A DNA stretch of 64,000 bases from positions 100,429 to 164,428 of the IMG/VR virus record IMGVR_UViG_3300032236_000718, one strand, 5' to 3'. Shown here piece after piece: positions 1-9,790 of this stretch. This DNA is from a virus. The position numbers and the translations under genes are program-made. The notes under the pieces are model-generated. The model was given only the letters and a program-made list of their open reading frames with translations, was not told where the DNA came from and made no database searches. How positions within the stretch are numbered: position 1 is the first letter of the stretch; each line of letters starts with the position of its first letter.

Positions 1-219
1 CTTGACTCTGCTCTACCTGCAAATTCTGGTGGTACAGGTCTTAATACATATCTTGCTGGTGATATTATATTTGCTTCTGGTTCATACTCGGGCGGTGGAG
101 AATCATCTACAACTCTTACAACTCTATCTGTTCCGATTGCCGCAGCTAACGATCAGATTCTTATGATTAAAAACAACTTGCCAGCGTACTCTGATACGAT
201 TGATGGCGGAACATTCTAA
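1..219 (+). CDS. 3' end of tail fibre/structural protein (partial)
   Basis: Open frame 1 from window start: LPANSGGTGLNTY...GDIIFAS...IDGGTF*; GGTG and terminal DGGTF motifs typical of T4-like fibre proteins. Confidence 0.7.
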   Translation, partial: LDSALPANSGGTGLNTYLAGDIIFASGSYSGGGESSTTLTTLSVPIAAANDQILMIKNNLPAYSDTIDGGTF

Positions 220-231
220 TAGGAGAAGAAA

Positions 232-483
232 ATGGCAACAATCGCCGATCAAGTAACTGCCAATACAACTGTACAGACATCAGTAACGTCGACAGGTTAT
301 ATGGTAACAGAGATACACGAGGATGTAAGAAACAAGTCTGTACACGCTACAGTCGAGTTTGCACCATTTACTCGTGGATCTAGAAAAAAGACAATTGCTG
401 TCTGGGAAGGAACTGCATATGAAGCAGTTAGAGATACCTGGACCAATGCTGACCTACTAGCAAAGGTTGCTACCTTAGTTTAA
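232..483 (+). CDS. hypothetical protein
   Basis: 83 aa ORF, AGGAG SD upstream. Confidence 0.7.
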   Translation: MATIADQVTANTTVQTSVTSTGYMVTEIHEDVRNKSVHATVEFAPFTRGSRKKTIAVWEGTAYEAVRDTWTNADLLAKVATLV

Positions 484-505
484 CAGTGAATAGGACTATT
501 ATATC

Positions 506-721
506 ATGGATTCAGATTTTGTAAACCTTTATATTGAAAAACTTTCGGCTAGAGTCGAGTTAATGACAAAGAACGAGATCATATATCAAGTTCAACTCGA
601 CCTAGCCAAGAAAGCCGCAGCAGCCTTATCAGCAGATAATGAGGAGCTGAAGCAACAGATATATAAGCTTGAAGCCTCCTTAAATAAGAAAGCTTCAAAG
701 ACAACTAAGGAAGACTTTTAA
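506..721 (+). CDS. small coiled-coil protein
   Basis: 71 aa, heptad-like C-terminal half, AGGA SD. Confidence 0.65.
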   Translation: MDSDFVNLYIEKLSARVELMTKNEIIYQVQLDLAKKAAAALSADNEELKQQIYKLEASLNKKASKTTKEDF

Positions 722-754
722 CCCTCGGTTTCTACCGATTGATAGGGATGCCAG

Positions 755-3700
755 ATGGCTAGTAAGATTATTATCAGAAGGACTACGGTATCAGGAAGAA
801 CTCCTAATACAGTAGATCCTACCAACACACAGTTTATTAATACTGGAGAGTTGGCCCTCAACCTGACAGACAAGAAGCTATTCTCGTCTAACGGCACTTT
901 GTCGTTTGAGATCGGGTCTAATCTTACCAGCCTTGTAGTATCAAATACTATATTCCTAGGAAACAGTACAGTCAACACGACTGTAAATTCAAGCTCCATC
1001 TACATAGCTAACTCTACAGCTAATACCTTAATCAAGCCAGGTAATGCTGCACTATTTGGTTCGGTTATTCAGGTTGGTAACTCTACAGTAAACAGTGTCA
1101 TAACAAGTTCTGCTATTGCAGTCAATGGTGACTATGTAGCTACAAATAACTATGTACAGAACACATTTATTACAAATGTTACAGCCTATAGTGTATTTGC
1201 TCTGGCCGCAAACGTTACTAACTCTGTCGACGCAGTTATATCTAACACACTTAATGTAGCTAATAGTCTTTTTGTTAATACTACAGCTATAAGCATATCT
1301 AATAATATAGCTTTATACGCTAATGGCGAGTTTGGTGGATCAGGCACATTCTTATCATCAAATGGATCAGGTGTTTATTGGGCAGCAGCTGTAACACCAT
1401 CAGATCTATCAGTAAACTCAATAAGCATAACTGGTGGAAGATTAGCAGTAGGTAACTCACTAGTTAATGTAGAAATATCTAATAACTCTATTAAGATAGG
1501 TAACTCCACATCAAACATAGTTATTAACTCAACTATGATTATAGCTAATGGTTCTGCTGGTGGTAATGGAAACTATCTTACATCTAATGGAACATCCATA
1601 TATTGGACTTCATCTGTTACTCCAACAAATCTAACAGTAGACAATGTAGAAGTTAGTAATGGCCATGTATCTGTTGGAAACTCAACAGTAAACACAATAG
1701 TATCTAATACCGGTCTTATTGTAGGAAATAGTACAGTAAATTCTACTGTTAATTCAACATCATTTTCCGGTACTTCAAATAATGCATTGTATCTCGGTGG
1801 AAATAGTGTATCTACTATTCTTACGTATGCAAATAATAAAGCAGCAAATGCATATTCAAACGCAACAAGCTATGCTGATTATGCTGCTGAAAATGCCTAT
1901 TCAAATGCTGTCTCATATACTGATATTGTTGTGTCATCTAATGCTACAACAACTTACTCTAATTCAGTAGCATATACAGATATAGCTGTGGCAAATGCTT
2001 ACAGTAATGCTGTGACTTATACTAATAATAAGGCAGGAAATGCATATTCCAACGCGGTAACATATGCAGGAAATGCTGCTGCAAATGCCTACTCTAATGC
2101 AGTAAGCTATGCAGACCTAGCTGCAACAAATGCATATTCCAACGCGGTAAGTTATGCTAGTAATGTTGCTGGAAATGCCTATAGCAACTCAGTCACATAT
2201 ACAAATAATAGAGCTGCTAATGCATACTCTAATGCAGTCACATATGCCAGTTTAGCAGCTGCAAATGCATATACAAATGCAGTATCATATGCTGACTCAG
2301 CAGCAGCGACTGCTTACTCTAATGCAGTCACATATTCATCCAGCTATGCCGACTCTCACTCTGCAACTGCATACGCTAATGCTGTTTATAATGCTGGACT
2401 GTATGCAGCAAATGCATACAGTAATGCAATTGCATATGCAGGTTTAGCAGCGGCTAATGCTTACTCTAATGCTATATCTTATGCAGGAAGTGCAGCTACT
2501 AGTAATGCTGCTGCTGCATATGCTAATGCAGTCACTTATACAAATACTTACTTTGCACATCTTTCTGGGGCAACATTTACTGGTAATGTCGTAATATCAA
2601 ATACAGGACTTATAGCTAACGGCTCTATTGGCACCAACAAGCAGGTTCTACTAAGCAATGGATCATCCCCATACTGGGCAGCACTAGCTCCTGTCAGACA
2701 GAACTATACTGCTAACGGAACAGGAACTACCTATACAGTCTCTGGTGGATATACACCATATAATCTAGATGTGTATGTGAATGGTGTCAAGTTACTTAAT
2801 GGTATTGATGTAGACGTGTCTAACGGATCTATATTTACAACGACTTCAACATATCCTAGTGGAACTACAATCGACGTGTTAGGTCAGGTCCCGTACACGG
2901 GGGCACCCGGTTCTTATGTGTCTAAAGCTGGCGATACTATGTCAGGTACACTCACTGTTGGAACTACACAGATTGGTAGTAGTTTTATAAATGTGAACTC
3001 AGTCGCTTCAGGCTTAATACCTTCAACTAACCTAGCGTTTAGTTTGGGAAATACAACAAACCGCTGGAATGACTTATATGTGGGTTCTAACTCTATTATA
3101 TTCACAGACTCTTCTGGTGGTCCTGACCAATACTTAAAACTAGCTAACCAGGTTTTTAGTATAATTCAGGCTGGTACATCTAACTCGTATAATGCAAATG
3201 CCGGCTTTAATGCTGGTGGAATACTATTACAGAACTTTACTATAACACTATCAAACACTGCACACGACTTCCAGATAGGTGTCGATGCTGACACTGCAAA
3301 TGTTGTTATACATAGACCATTATTAATAGGTAACTCGACTGTCAATACTTCTATTAATGGTATATCTGTCTCTACAAATACTGCTAAAGTAAATTATATC
3401 TCTGCAAATGGAACTACGGGTGTTGTAGGTCAAGTCCTTTTATCTGGTGATGGTTCTTCTAATGTCTATTGGGGTGGAGTTAAGTCGAACACGGTTATTA
3501 TAGCAAACACGACCTATACTGCTACGGCTAATGATAAGTGGATGGGATTTACAGCTAACGTGTCGACATTGACTCTGCCTAATACACTTAATGGTGCTAC
3601 AGATGGTAAAGAATATCAAGTAGCCTGTATGGGCGGAGGCAGCAAATCAAACGTGATTATACAAGTCGAAACAGGAAGTACTTTATATGCCAACGGTGCG

Positions 3701-3772
3701 CAGTCTGTTCCTAATATTACTCTAGGAAGATTCATTTACATCAGTGGTGTCTGGTATGGTACAATAGGCTAA
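755..3772 (+). CDS. tail fibre protein with AYSNA repeat stalk
   Basis: N-terminal IIIRRTTVSGRTP...GELALNLTDKKLF fibre attachment motif; GNSTVN repeats; 11-aa AYSNA repeats; DVYVNGVKL module. Confidence 0.8.
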   Translation: MASKIIIRRTTVSGRTPNTVDPTNTQFINTGELALNLTDKKLFSSNGTLSFEIGSNLTSLVVSNTIFLGNSTVNTTVNSSSIYIANSTANTLIKPGNAALFGSVIQVGNSTVNSVITSSAIAVNGDYVATNNYVQNTFITNVTAYSVFALAANVTNSVDAVISNTLNVANSLFVNTTAISISNNIALYANGEFGGSGTFLSSNGSGVYWAAAVTPSDLSVNSISITGGRLAVGNSLVNVEISNNSIKIGNSTSNIVINSTMIIANGSAGGNGNYLTSNGTSIYWTSSVTPTNLTVDNVEVSNGHVSVGNSTVNTIVSNTGLIVGNSTVNSTVNSTSFSGTSNNALYLGGNSVSTILTYANNKAANAYSNATSYADYAAENAYSNAVSYTDIVVSSNATTTYSNSVAYTDIAVANAYSNAVTYTNNKAGNAYSNAVTYAGNAAANAYSNAVSYADLAATNAYSNAVSYASNVAGNAYSNSVTYTNNRAANAYSNAVTYASLAAANAYTNAVSYADSAAATAYSNAVTYSSSYADSHSATAYANAVYNAGLYAANAYSNAIAYAGLAAANAYSNAISYAGSAATSNAAAAYANAVTYTNTYFAHLSGATFTGNVVISNTGLIANGSIGTNKQVLLSNGSSPYWAALAPVRQNYTANGTGTTYTVSGGYTPYNLDVYVNGVKLLNGIDVDVSNGSIFTTTSTYPSGTTIDVLGQVPYTGAPGSYVSKAGDTMSGTLTVGTTQIGSSFINVNSVASGLIPSTNLAFSLGNTTNRWNDLYVGSNSIIFTDSSGGPDQYLKLANQVFSIIQAGTSNSYNANAGFNAGGILLQNFTITLSNTAHDFQIGVDADTANVVIHRPLLIGNSTVNTSINGISVSTNTAKVNYISANGTTGVVGQVLLSGDGSSNVYWGGVKSNTVIIANTTYTATANDKWMGFTANVSTLTLPNTLNGATDGKEYQVACMGGGSKSNVIIQVETGSTLYANGAQSVPNITLGRFIYISGVWYGTIG
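1820..2545 (+). repeat. coding tandem repeat, ~33 bp / 11 aa (AANAYSNAVxY)
   Basis: About 20 degenerate copies in the translation; boundaries approximate. Confidence 0.85.
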
Positions 3773-3806
3773 TAAATATGACAATAATAACGAGAGAGTT
3801 TAATTA

Positions 3807-6800
3807 ATGAGTCAGAACCAAAATTTAGGTACGTTTGCTGACTTCCTTTCGGTCAATACCAGCCCGAACACCATCTCGGTATCGGCACCGCTGACTATCG
3901 CAAACAATCTGACTGTTACTGGAACACTGACTCTCTCGGGTAACACAGTCATATCTGGTGCTAATAACCTTGTACTTCAATCTTCAGTATTGAGTCTTCA
4001 TACTCAAGCTAATCTCGCGCCTCTGACTTCAGATGATGGTCAGAATATTGGTATCGCATTCCACTACTATGACGGTTCAGATAGACAAGCTTTCCTTGCG
4101 AGAGTCGACACTACAGGCTATCTTGCATATTACAACACATCTACTGACGTATCACTAGGACCAGTATCTGGTACTGACCTTGGTACTATTCAGGCTGCAA
4201 GTTTTGTAGCCGGTAATTCAACGGTCTACACAATAACTAATGCAACAATTTTCAGCGGTACTGCTAATAATGCTAGCTACTTGAGCGGAAATACAGTATC
4301 AGATCTTCACACCTATTCTGATAATAAAGCTGCAAACGCATATAGTAATGCCGTAACATATGCTTCTCTTGCTGCTGCTAATGCCTACTCTAATGCTATA
4401 GCTTATGCAGGCACTGCTGCAACAAGTAATGCTGCACAGGCATACTCAAATGCTGTTGCTTATACAGACTTAGCAGCCGCTAATGCTTATAGTAATGCAG
4501 TAAGTTATGCCGCAAACGTTGCCGCTAATGCTTATAGTAATGCAGTAAGTTATGCTGGAAATGCAGCTGCGAATGCTTATAGTAATGCAGTAAGCTATGC
4601 TGGAAACGCGGCTGCAAATGCTTATAGTAATGCTATTGCTTATTCTGGTAATGCTGCTTTAGCATATGCTAATGCTGTTACATATGTAAATAATAAAGCT
4701 GCTAATGCTTATGCTAACGCGATAGCTTATTCTGGAAATGCTGCACAAGCATACTCAAATGCAACTACTTATGCAGATAATAAAGCTGCAAATGCTTATA
4801 GTAATGCTGTCACATATGCTGGTAATAAGGCGGATAATGCATATAGTAATGCAGTCACATACTCAAGTCTAGCTGCTGCTAATGCATATTCTAATGCAAT
4901 AAGTTATGCAGCTTTAGTTGCAGCAAATGCCTACTCAAATGCAATAAGTTATGCTGGAACTGCCGCAACTAGTAATGCCGCACAAGCATATTCTAATGCT
5001 GTTACGTATGCAGATAATAAAGCTGCAAATGCCTATAGTAATGCTGTTACATATGCTGGTTTGGCTGCCTCAAATGCATATACTAATGCTGTTTCCTATA
5101 CAGATAATAAAGCAGCTAATGCATATTCAAATGCTATAGCTTATTCAGGAAACGCAGTACAAGCATATACTAACGCAATATCTTATGCAGCAAATGCGTA
5201 TTCAAATGCTACAAGTTATGCAGACTTAGCCGCTGCAAATGCATATTCAAATGCTACAAGTTATGCAGCAAATGCTGCAGCAAATGCGTATTCAAATGCT
5301 ACAAGTTATGCATCTTTAGCTGCTTCAAATGCATATGCTAATGCAACTTCATATGCTAGTTTAGCCGCTGCAAATGCCTATTCAAATGCAATAGCTTATT
5401 CTGGTAATGCTGCTCAAGCATATGCTAATGCAATAGCTTATACCAACACAAATATAGCTCTTACTACTGGTACCACATTTACCGGTAACGTTATATTTAA
5501 TGCTAATATAGTTGCAAATACTCTAGTAGCTAATGGCTCGCTTGGCAATGTTGGTCAAGTATTAACTGCAAATAGCACTGGTGGGTTGTATTGGGCATCA
5601 GATCAATTTGTTGGGAATGTTGTAGCAAATATAGTAACATCTAATACTCTTACATCAAATCATGTTGTAGTTAATAATGATATATCGATTGTTAACGGAT
5701 CTTATAGCAATACAGCAATGTATAGTGATAGGATTTTTATAGGAAATGGTGATATTCAAACTACTGTTAATAGTACAACTTTTTGGGCTACTTTCAGTAA
5801 TACATCATCTCATGATGTTTATATCTCGTCTATTACATCATCAGGTGGTTATATAAATTCAACTGCTATTGGAATAAATCTTGAGCCTTTAATCTCATTA
5901 GGTATGAGCTGGAGTGATCGTAATGGTGGAGGTGGTGCACCAAGGTTCTTCCCACAAGGGTCGCCATATGCATTATCACAGAACTTATTTAATGTTAATG
6001 CCTCATTTATCCAATTAGGTAATAGCACGAACTATGTAAACTTTACAGTTGGAAATAATGCGCCAACTATCCAGTTTATTAGTCCTAGTGCAACAGGCGG
6101 TGGAATCACCATCAATCAATCTGGAATAAGTACTGGAAATAGTGTCTCTGGCACTGCTGCTAACACACAGGGTTTCTATATAAATGGAACTGAAGTTTAT
6201 GCAAGAAAGTCAGGCACTACATTTACAGGAAATGTTGGTTTCAACGCTAATATAGTTGCAACCAGACTTGTGGCAAATGGTGCTCTTGGCGGTAATAACC
6301 AAGTGTTAACATCAAACTCTACTGGTGGTCTTTTCTGGTCAGCTGGAGTTACAATCAATAATTTAGCAGCCGACTATATTAATATCGCGGTAGGTAATTT
6401 AACTGTAGGTAATACTACTGTTAATACGAGTGTATCAAACAATGGTGTACTTGTACAAAATGCTACTTCATCTTCTACATTAAATCTCTCTGGCCTGAAT
6501 ATAGGAAATGCTACTGTTAACGCTGTAATGAATAGTAGCACACTTTCAATAGCATCTGCTACTATTAATAATACCACGATAACTGGCAATCTAACTGTTA
6601 ATAATACACTTACGGTAACAGGTAATCTGGTACTTGCTGGATCAACCACATATATTAACTCCACTGTTATTACTACAAAAGATCTTAATATTATATTTGC
6701 AAACGGTGCAGCAAATAGTTTCTTAACAGATGGTGCTGGTATAGTAGCTGGAATATATGCTAATTTAGTATTTGATGATCCTACTACTTCTTGGCAGTCA

Positions 6801-8138
6801 AATGTAGGTATTACACCTTATAGTAATAATTTAAGTCTTGGTGCTGCAACTAAACTCTGGAATCTATATGCTAATCAGATTACATTAAATCAGATCATAG
6901 CAAATGGTTCTATGGGTAATGTAGGTCAAGTTCTTACATCAAATGGTACTAGCCTATATTGGGCATCTGACCAACTGGTTGGAAATGTTACAGCAAATCT
7001 AGTAACATCTAATACGCTGTCGGCAAATCATATTTTAGTTAATAATGATATAGCAATTGTTAATGGATCTTATAGTAACGTAGTAATTCGTAGCGATAGT
7101 GTCTTTGTTGGTAATTCAACTGTCAACTCTTCTATCAACTCTACTTCATTTACAGGTACATCATTTAATGCAAACAATGCAACCTATCTAAATGGAAATA
7201 CGGCAGCTACATTAATTAACTATGCAGCGAATGCATATAGTAATGCAATAGCATACTCTAATGCTGCACAAGCATATGCTAATGCTATTGCTTACACTAA
7301 TACAAATATTGTTCTTAAGACTGGAACTACATTTACTGGTGCTGTAACATTTAATGCTAATATAGTAGCTAACACGTTTGTTGCAAATGGTCTTCTTGGA
7401 AGTGTTGGTCAGGTATTAACTGCAAATAGTACAGGCGGACTATATTGGGCAACAGACACTAACGTAGCAAATGTCACGGCAAATGTTGTGACAACAAATA
7501 CTCTTTCTGCCAATCATGTTGTTGTAAATAATGACTTGTCAGTTGTTAATGGATCATATAGCAACTCTGCTATGTACAGTGATAGGATCTTTATTGGTAA
7601 TTCTACTGTTAACGCAACAGTTAATTCTACTGTATTTAGTGGAACATCGCTTAATGCAAACAATGCAACCTATCTAAATGGAAATACGGCAGCTACATTA
7701 ATTAACTATGCAGCAAATGCTTACTCTAATGCTATATCTTATACTAATACAAATATAGCTCTATTATCTGGAGCAACATTTACCGGTGTAGTGACTACTG
7801 TAGCTAATCTGGTTGTTAACTCTGCTATAATTGCAGGTGGTAGTAATGGAACTTTTGGACAAGTTCTTACATCAAACGGATCTAGCGGAGTTTATTGGTC
7901 TACAGTATCTGGCGGAGGTGGTGGAGGTAGTGTTAATACTGCTGCTACTTACGCGTTTACAAATACTACTACATCTGGTAATGCAACTTCAGGAGCTATC
8001 ACAACAGCCGGTGGTCTTGGCGTTGCAAATAACCTATATGTTGGAGGCAGAATGGGATTCTCTAATGCATCTAATATATCTGTAGTATATCAATTCTATA
8101 ATGCAAATACAAACTCACTTGATACGGCATTTGGATAA
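3807..8138 (+). CDS. long tail fibre protein with AYSNA repeats
   Basis: 1443 aa; >30 AYSNA-type repeats; GQVLTSNG...YW modules; ends FYNANTNSLDTAFG. Confidence 0.8.
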   Translation: MSQNQNLGTFADFLSVNTSPNTISVSAPLTIANNLTVTGTLTLSGNTVISGANNLVLQSSVLSLHTQANLAPLTSDDGQNIGIAFHYYDGSDRQAFLARVDTTGYLAYYNTSTDVSLGPVSGTDLGTIQAASFVAGNSTVYTITNATIFSGTANNASYLSGNTVSDLHTYSDNKAANAYSNAVTYASLAAANAYSNAIAYAGTAATSNAAQAYSNAVAYTDLAAANAYSNAVSYAANVAANAYSNAVSYAGNAAANAYSNAVSYAGNAAANAYSNAIAYSGNAALAYANAVTYVNNKAANAYANAIAYSGNAAQAYSNATTYADNKAANAYSNAVTYAGNKADNAYSNAVTYSSLAAANAYSNAISYAALVAANAYSNAISYAGTAATSNAAQAYSNAVTYADNKAANAYSNAVTYAGLAASNAYTNAVSYTDNKAANAYSNAIAYSGNAVQAYTNAISYAANAYSNATSYADLAAANAYSNATSYAANAAANAYSNATSYASLAASNAYANATSYASLAAANAYSNAIAYSGNAAQAYANAIAYTNTNIALTTGTTFTGNVIFNANIVANTLVANGSLGNVGQVLTANSTGGLYWASDQFVGNVVANIVTSNTLTSNHVVVNNDISIVNGSYSNTAMYSDRIFIGNGDIQTTVNSTTFWATFSNTSSHDVYISSITSSGGYINSTAIGINLEPLISLGMSWSDRNGGGGAPRFFPQGSPYALSQNLFNVNASFIQLGNSTNYVNFTVGNNAPTIQFISPSATGGGITINQSGISTGNSVSGTAANTQGFYINGTEVYARKSGTTFTGNVGFNANIVATRLVANGALGGNNQVLTSNSTGGLFWSAGVTINNLAADYINIAVGNLTVGNTTVNTSVSNNGVLVQNATSSSTLNLSGLNIGNATVNAVMNSSTLSIASATINNTTITGNLTVNNTLTVTGNLVLAGSTTYINSTVITTKDLNIIFANGAANSFLTDGAGIVAGIYANLVFDDPTTSWQSNVGITPYSNNLSLGAATKLWNLYANQITLNQIIANGSMGNVGQVLTSNGTSLYWASDQLVGNVTANLVTSNTLSANHILVNNDIAIVNGSYSNVVIRSDSVFVGNSTVNSSINSTSFTGTSFNANNATYLNGNTAATLINYAANAYSNAIAYSNAAQAYANAIAYTNTNIVLKTGTTFTGAVTFNANIVANTFVANGLLGSVGQVLTANSTGGLYWATDTNVANVTANVVTTNTLSANHVVVNNDLSVVNGSYSNSAMYSDRIFIGNSTVNATVNSTVFSGTSLNANNATYLNGNTAATLINYAANAYSNAISYTNTNIALLSGATFTGVVTTVANLVVNSAIIAGGSNGTFGQVLTSNGSSGVYWSTVSGGGGGGSVNTAATYAFTNTTTSGNATSGAITTAGGLGVANNLYVGGRMGFSNASNISVVYQFYNANTNSLDTAFG
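4310..5450 (+). repeat. coding tandem repeat, ~33 bp / 11 aa (AANAYSNAVxY)
   Basis: Many copies incl. near-identical GCTAATGCTTATAGTAATGCAGTAAGTTATGC units at ~4480-4640; boundaries approximate. Confidence 0.85.
7165..7714 (+). repeat. 64 bp exact direct repeat (7165-7228 and 7651-7714)
   Basis: TTAATGCAAACAATGCAACCTATCTAAATGGAAATACGGCAGCTACATTAATTAACTATGCAGC occurs twice in the fibre gene. Confidence 0.9.
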
Positions 8139-9763
8139 TGGCAGTTATTCCTGTTTCTAAATTATACTCAAATGGTACATTAGCTATAGCTAGTAATTTT
8201 GACGAGACTATATCTATCACACCATCAACTACAAAGACATATTCAAACGGAACTTTAGTATCAAGTTTCTTTGATGAGACTATGTCTATATCTCCATCAG
8301 TCTCGAAGCTATACTCTAATGGTGCTATAAGTGTTTCAGGTAAATTTGATGAGGTAACTAATAATCCTACCGTATTTGGAAGTTTAAATACTTTTTATAA
8401 TGATACTAATACTTGTATAATTTTACCAAATAGTAATAATTATAATTTTAGTACTGGTGATTTTACCTTTGAGACTTGGGTTTATCTTCATAATCCAATA
8501 TCAGCTAGTAGCCCCTATGGTGGTGGTATAGCTTCATTATCTTATCAATATGGTGCTTCAGGTCGTACATCATGGATCGCATCGCTTACTTATAATTCAG
8601 GTGATGCAAATTCTTCTTTCTTTACATTTGTTACAACGACAGATGGTAATTCAAATACATTAAATTCTAATGCATATTATTCTACACATACTACTCCAAT
8701 AAAAAGATCAAATTGGACGCATCTTGCTGCATCTAGATCCGGTTCAAATCTTTATCTATCTGTCGATGGAAATGTACAGTCTTTTACAATTAGTTCTGCT
8801 GCGTTATATAACAATAGTACTGACCCTTTTATTATTGGATCATATTCATATACATCTAGAAATTCTTCTCTTTTTATGTTTTTAGGTAAATTATCAAACT
8901 TAAAAATAGTTAAAGGAGCTGCACTATATACAAGTAATTTTACACCACAGCTTGTTCCTTCAACTGCAGACTCTAATACTGTGCTTTTACTAAATACATT
9001 ATATGTCGATCCGTTTAAAGACTCAAGCCAATATAATGTTACGTATACTAGTATTGGAAATACAACACCAGAATCCTTTACACCTTTTAATCCACCAGGA
9101 TATAATAGCATATATTGTAATTCAACTTCTGGTGCATTTAGTGTTATAACAAATGCTACACCATCTTTTCAATTAAATAATAGTGATTTTACTATTGAAA
9201 CTTATATATATCCAACATCTCTATCAAAAACAATTCTTGATACAAGAACTTCAAATACATCAATAAATGGAATAGTCTTACAGACAAGAGCTGGTGCAAA
9301 TATACAACTTACGGCAAATGGAACTAATTATTTTGGTTCAGGAGCAAATGTTATAACTAATACATGGAATCATGTGGCTGTAACAAGATCAAGTAATGTG
9401 TTTAGTGTATGGGTAAATGGTGTTAAAGCAATAACACAAAATCTAGGGGTTACTTTATCTGATCAGGCAAATTGGTTAATTGGTGCTGGGCAACCGGGTA
9501 CTTCTAATGGATATATTGGTGCTTATTTTAGTAATTTTAGGGTAGTTACAGGCCAGGCATTATATTCTAATACTTTTACACCTTCAACAAAACCACTATT
9601 ACCTATAGCTAATACAATCTTATTAACAGCACAGTCCAATAAGTATATAGATAATTCAACCAGTAATATAAATGTTATTGCAGTAAGCAATTCAATATAC
9701 AGCGATTTAGTCTCTAATAATCAACCCTTCAAGTTTGATTTTTCTAACACCGGTCTAAGCTGA
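8138..9763 (+). CDS. LamG/concanavalin A-like domain protein (2 domains), putative adhesin
   Basis: DFTFETWVY...WTHLAASR and DFTIETYIYP...WNHVAVTR; three N-terminal SNG...FDE repeats; TAATG coupling to upstream fibre. Confidence 0.8.
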   Translation: MAVIPVSKLYSNGTLAIASNFDETISITPSTTKTYSNGTLVSSFFDETMSISPSVSKLYSNGAISVSGKFDEVTNNPTVFGSLNTFYNDTNTCIILPNSNNYNFSTGDFTFETWVYLHNPISASSPYGGGIASLSYQYGASGRTSWIASLTYNSGDANSSFFTFVTTTDGNSNTLNSNAYYSTHTTPIKRSNWTHLAASRSGSNLYLSVDGNVQSFTISSAALYNNSTDPFIIGSYSYTSRNSSLFMFLGKLSNLKIVKGAALYTSNFTPQLVPSTADSNTVLLLNTLYVDPFKDSSQYNVTYTSIGNTTPESFTPFNPPGYNSIYCNSTSGAFSVITNATPSFQLNNSDFTIETYIYPTSLSKTILDTRTSNTSINGIVLQTRAGANIQLTANGTNYFGSGANVITNTWNHVAVTRSSNVFSVWVNGVKAITQNLGVTLSDQANWLIGAGQPGTSNGYIGAYFSNFRVVTGQALYSNTFTPSTKPLLPIANTILLTAQSNKYIDNSTSNINVIAVSNSIYSDLVSNNQPFKFDFSNTGLS

Positions 9764-9790
9764 TAAATATGGTGATCAAAGGATAAACAT

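Noticed and set aside
1820-5450. 33 bp periodic repeats as a CRISPR array
   Set aside because: In-frame, degenerate at third codon positions, no unique spacers, no cas genes.
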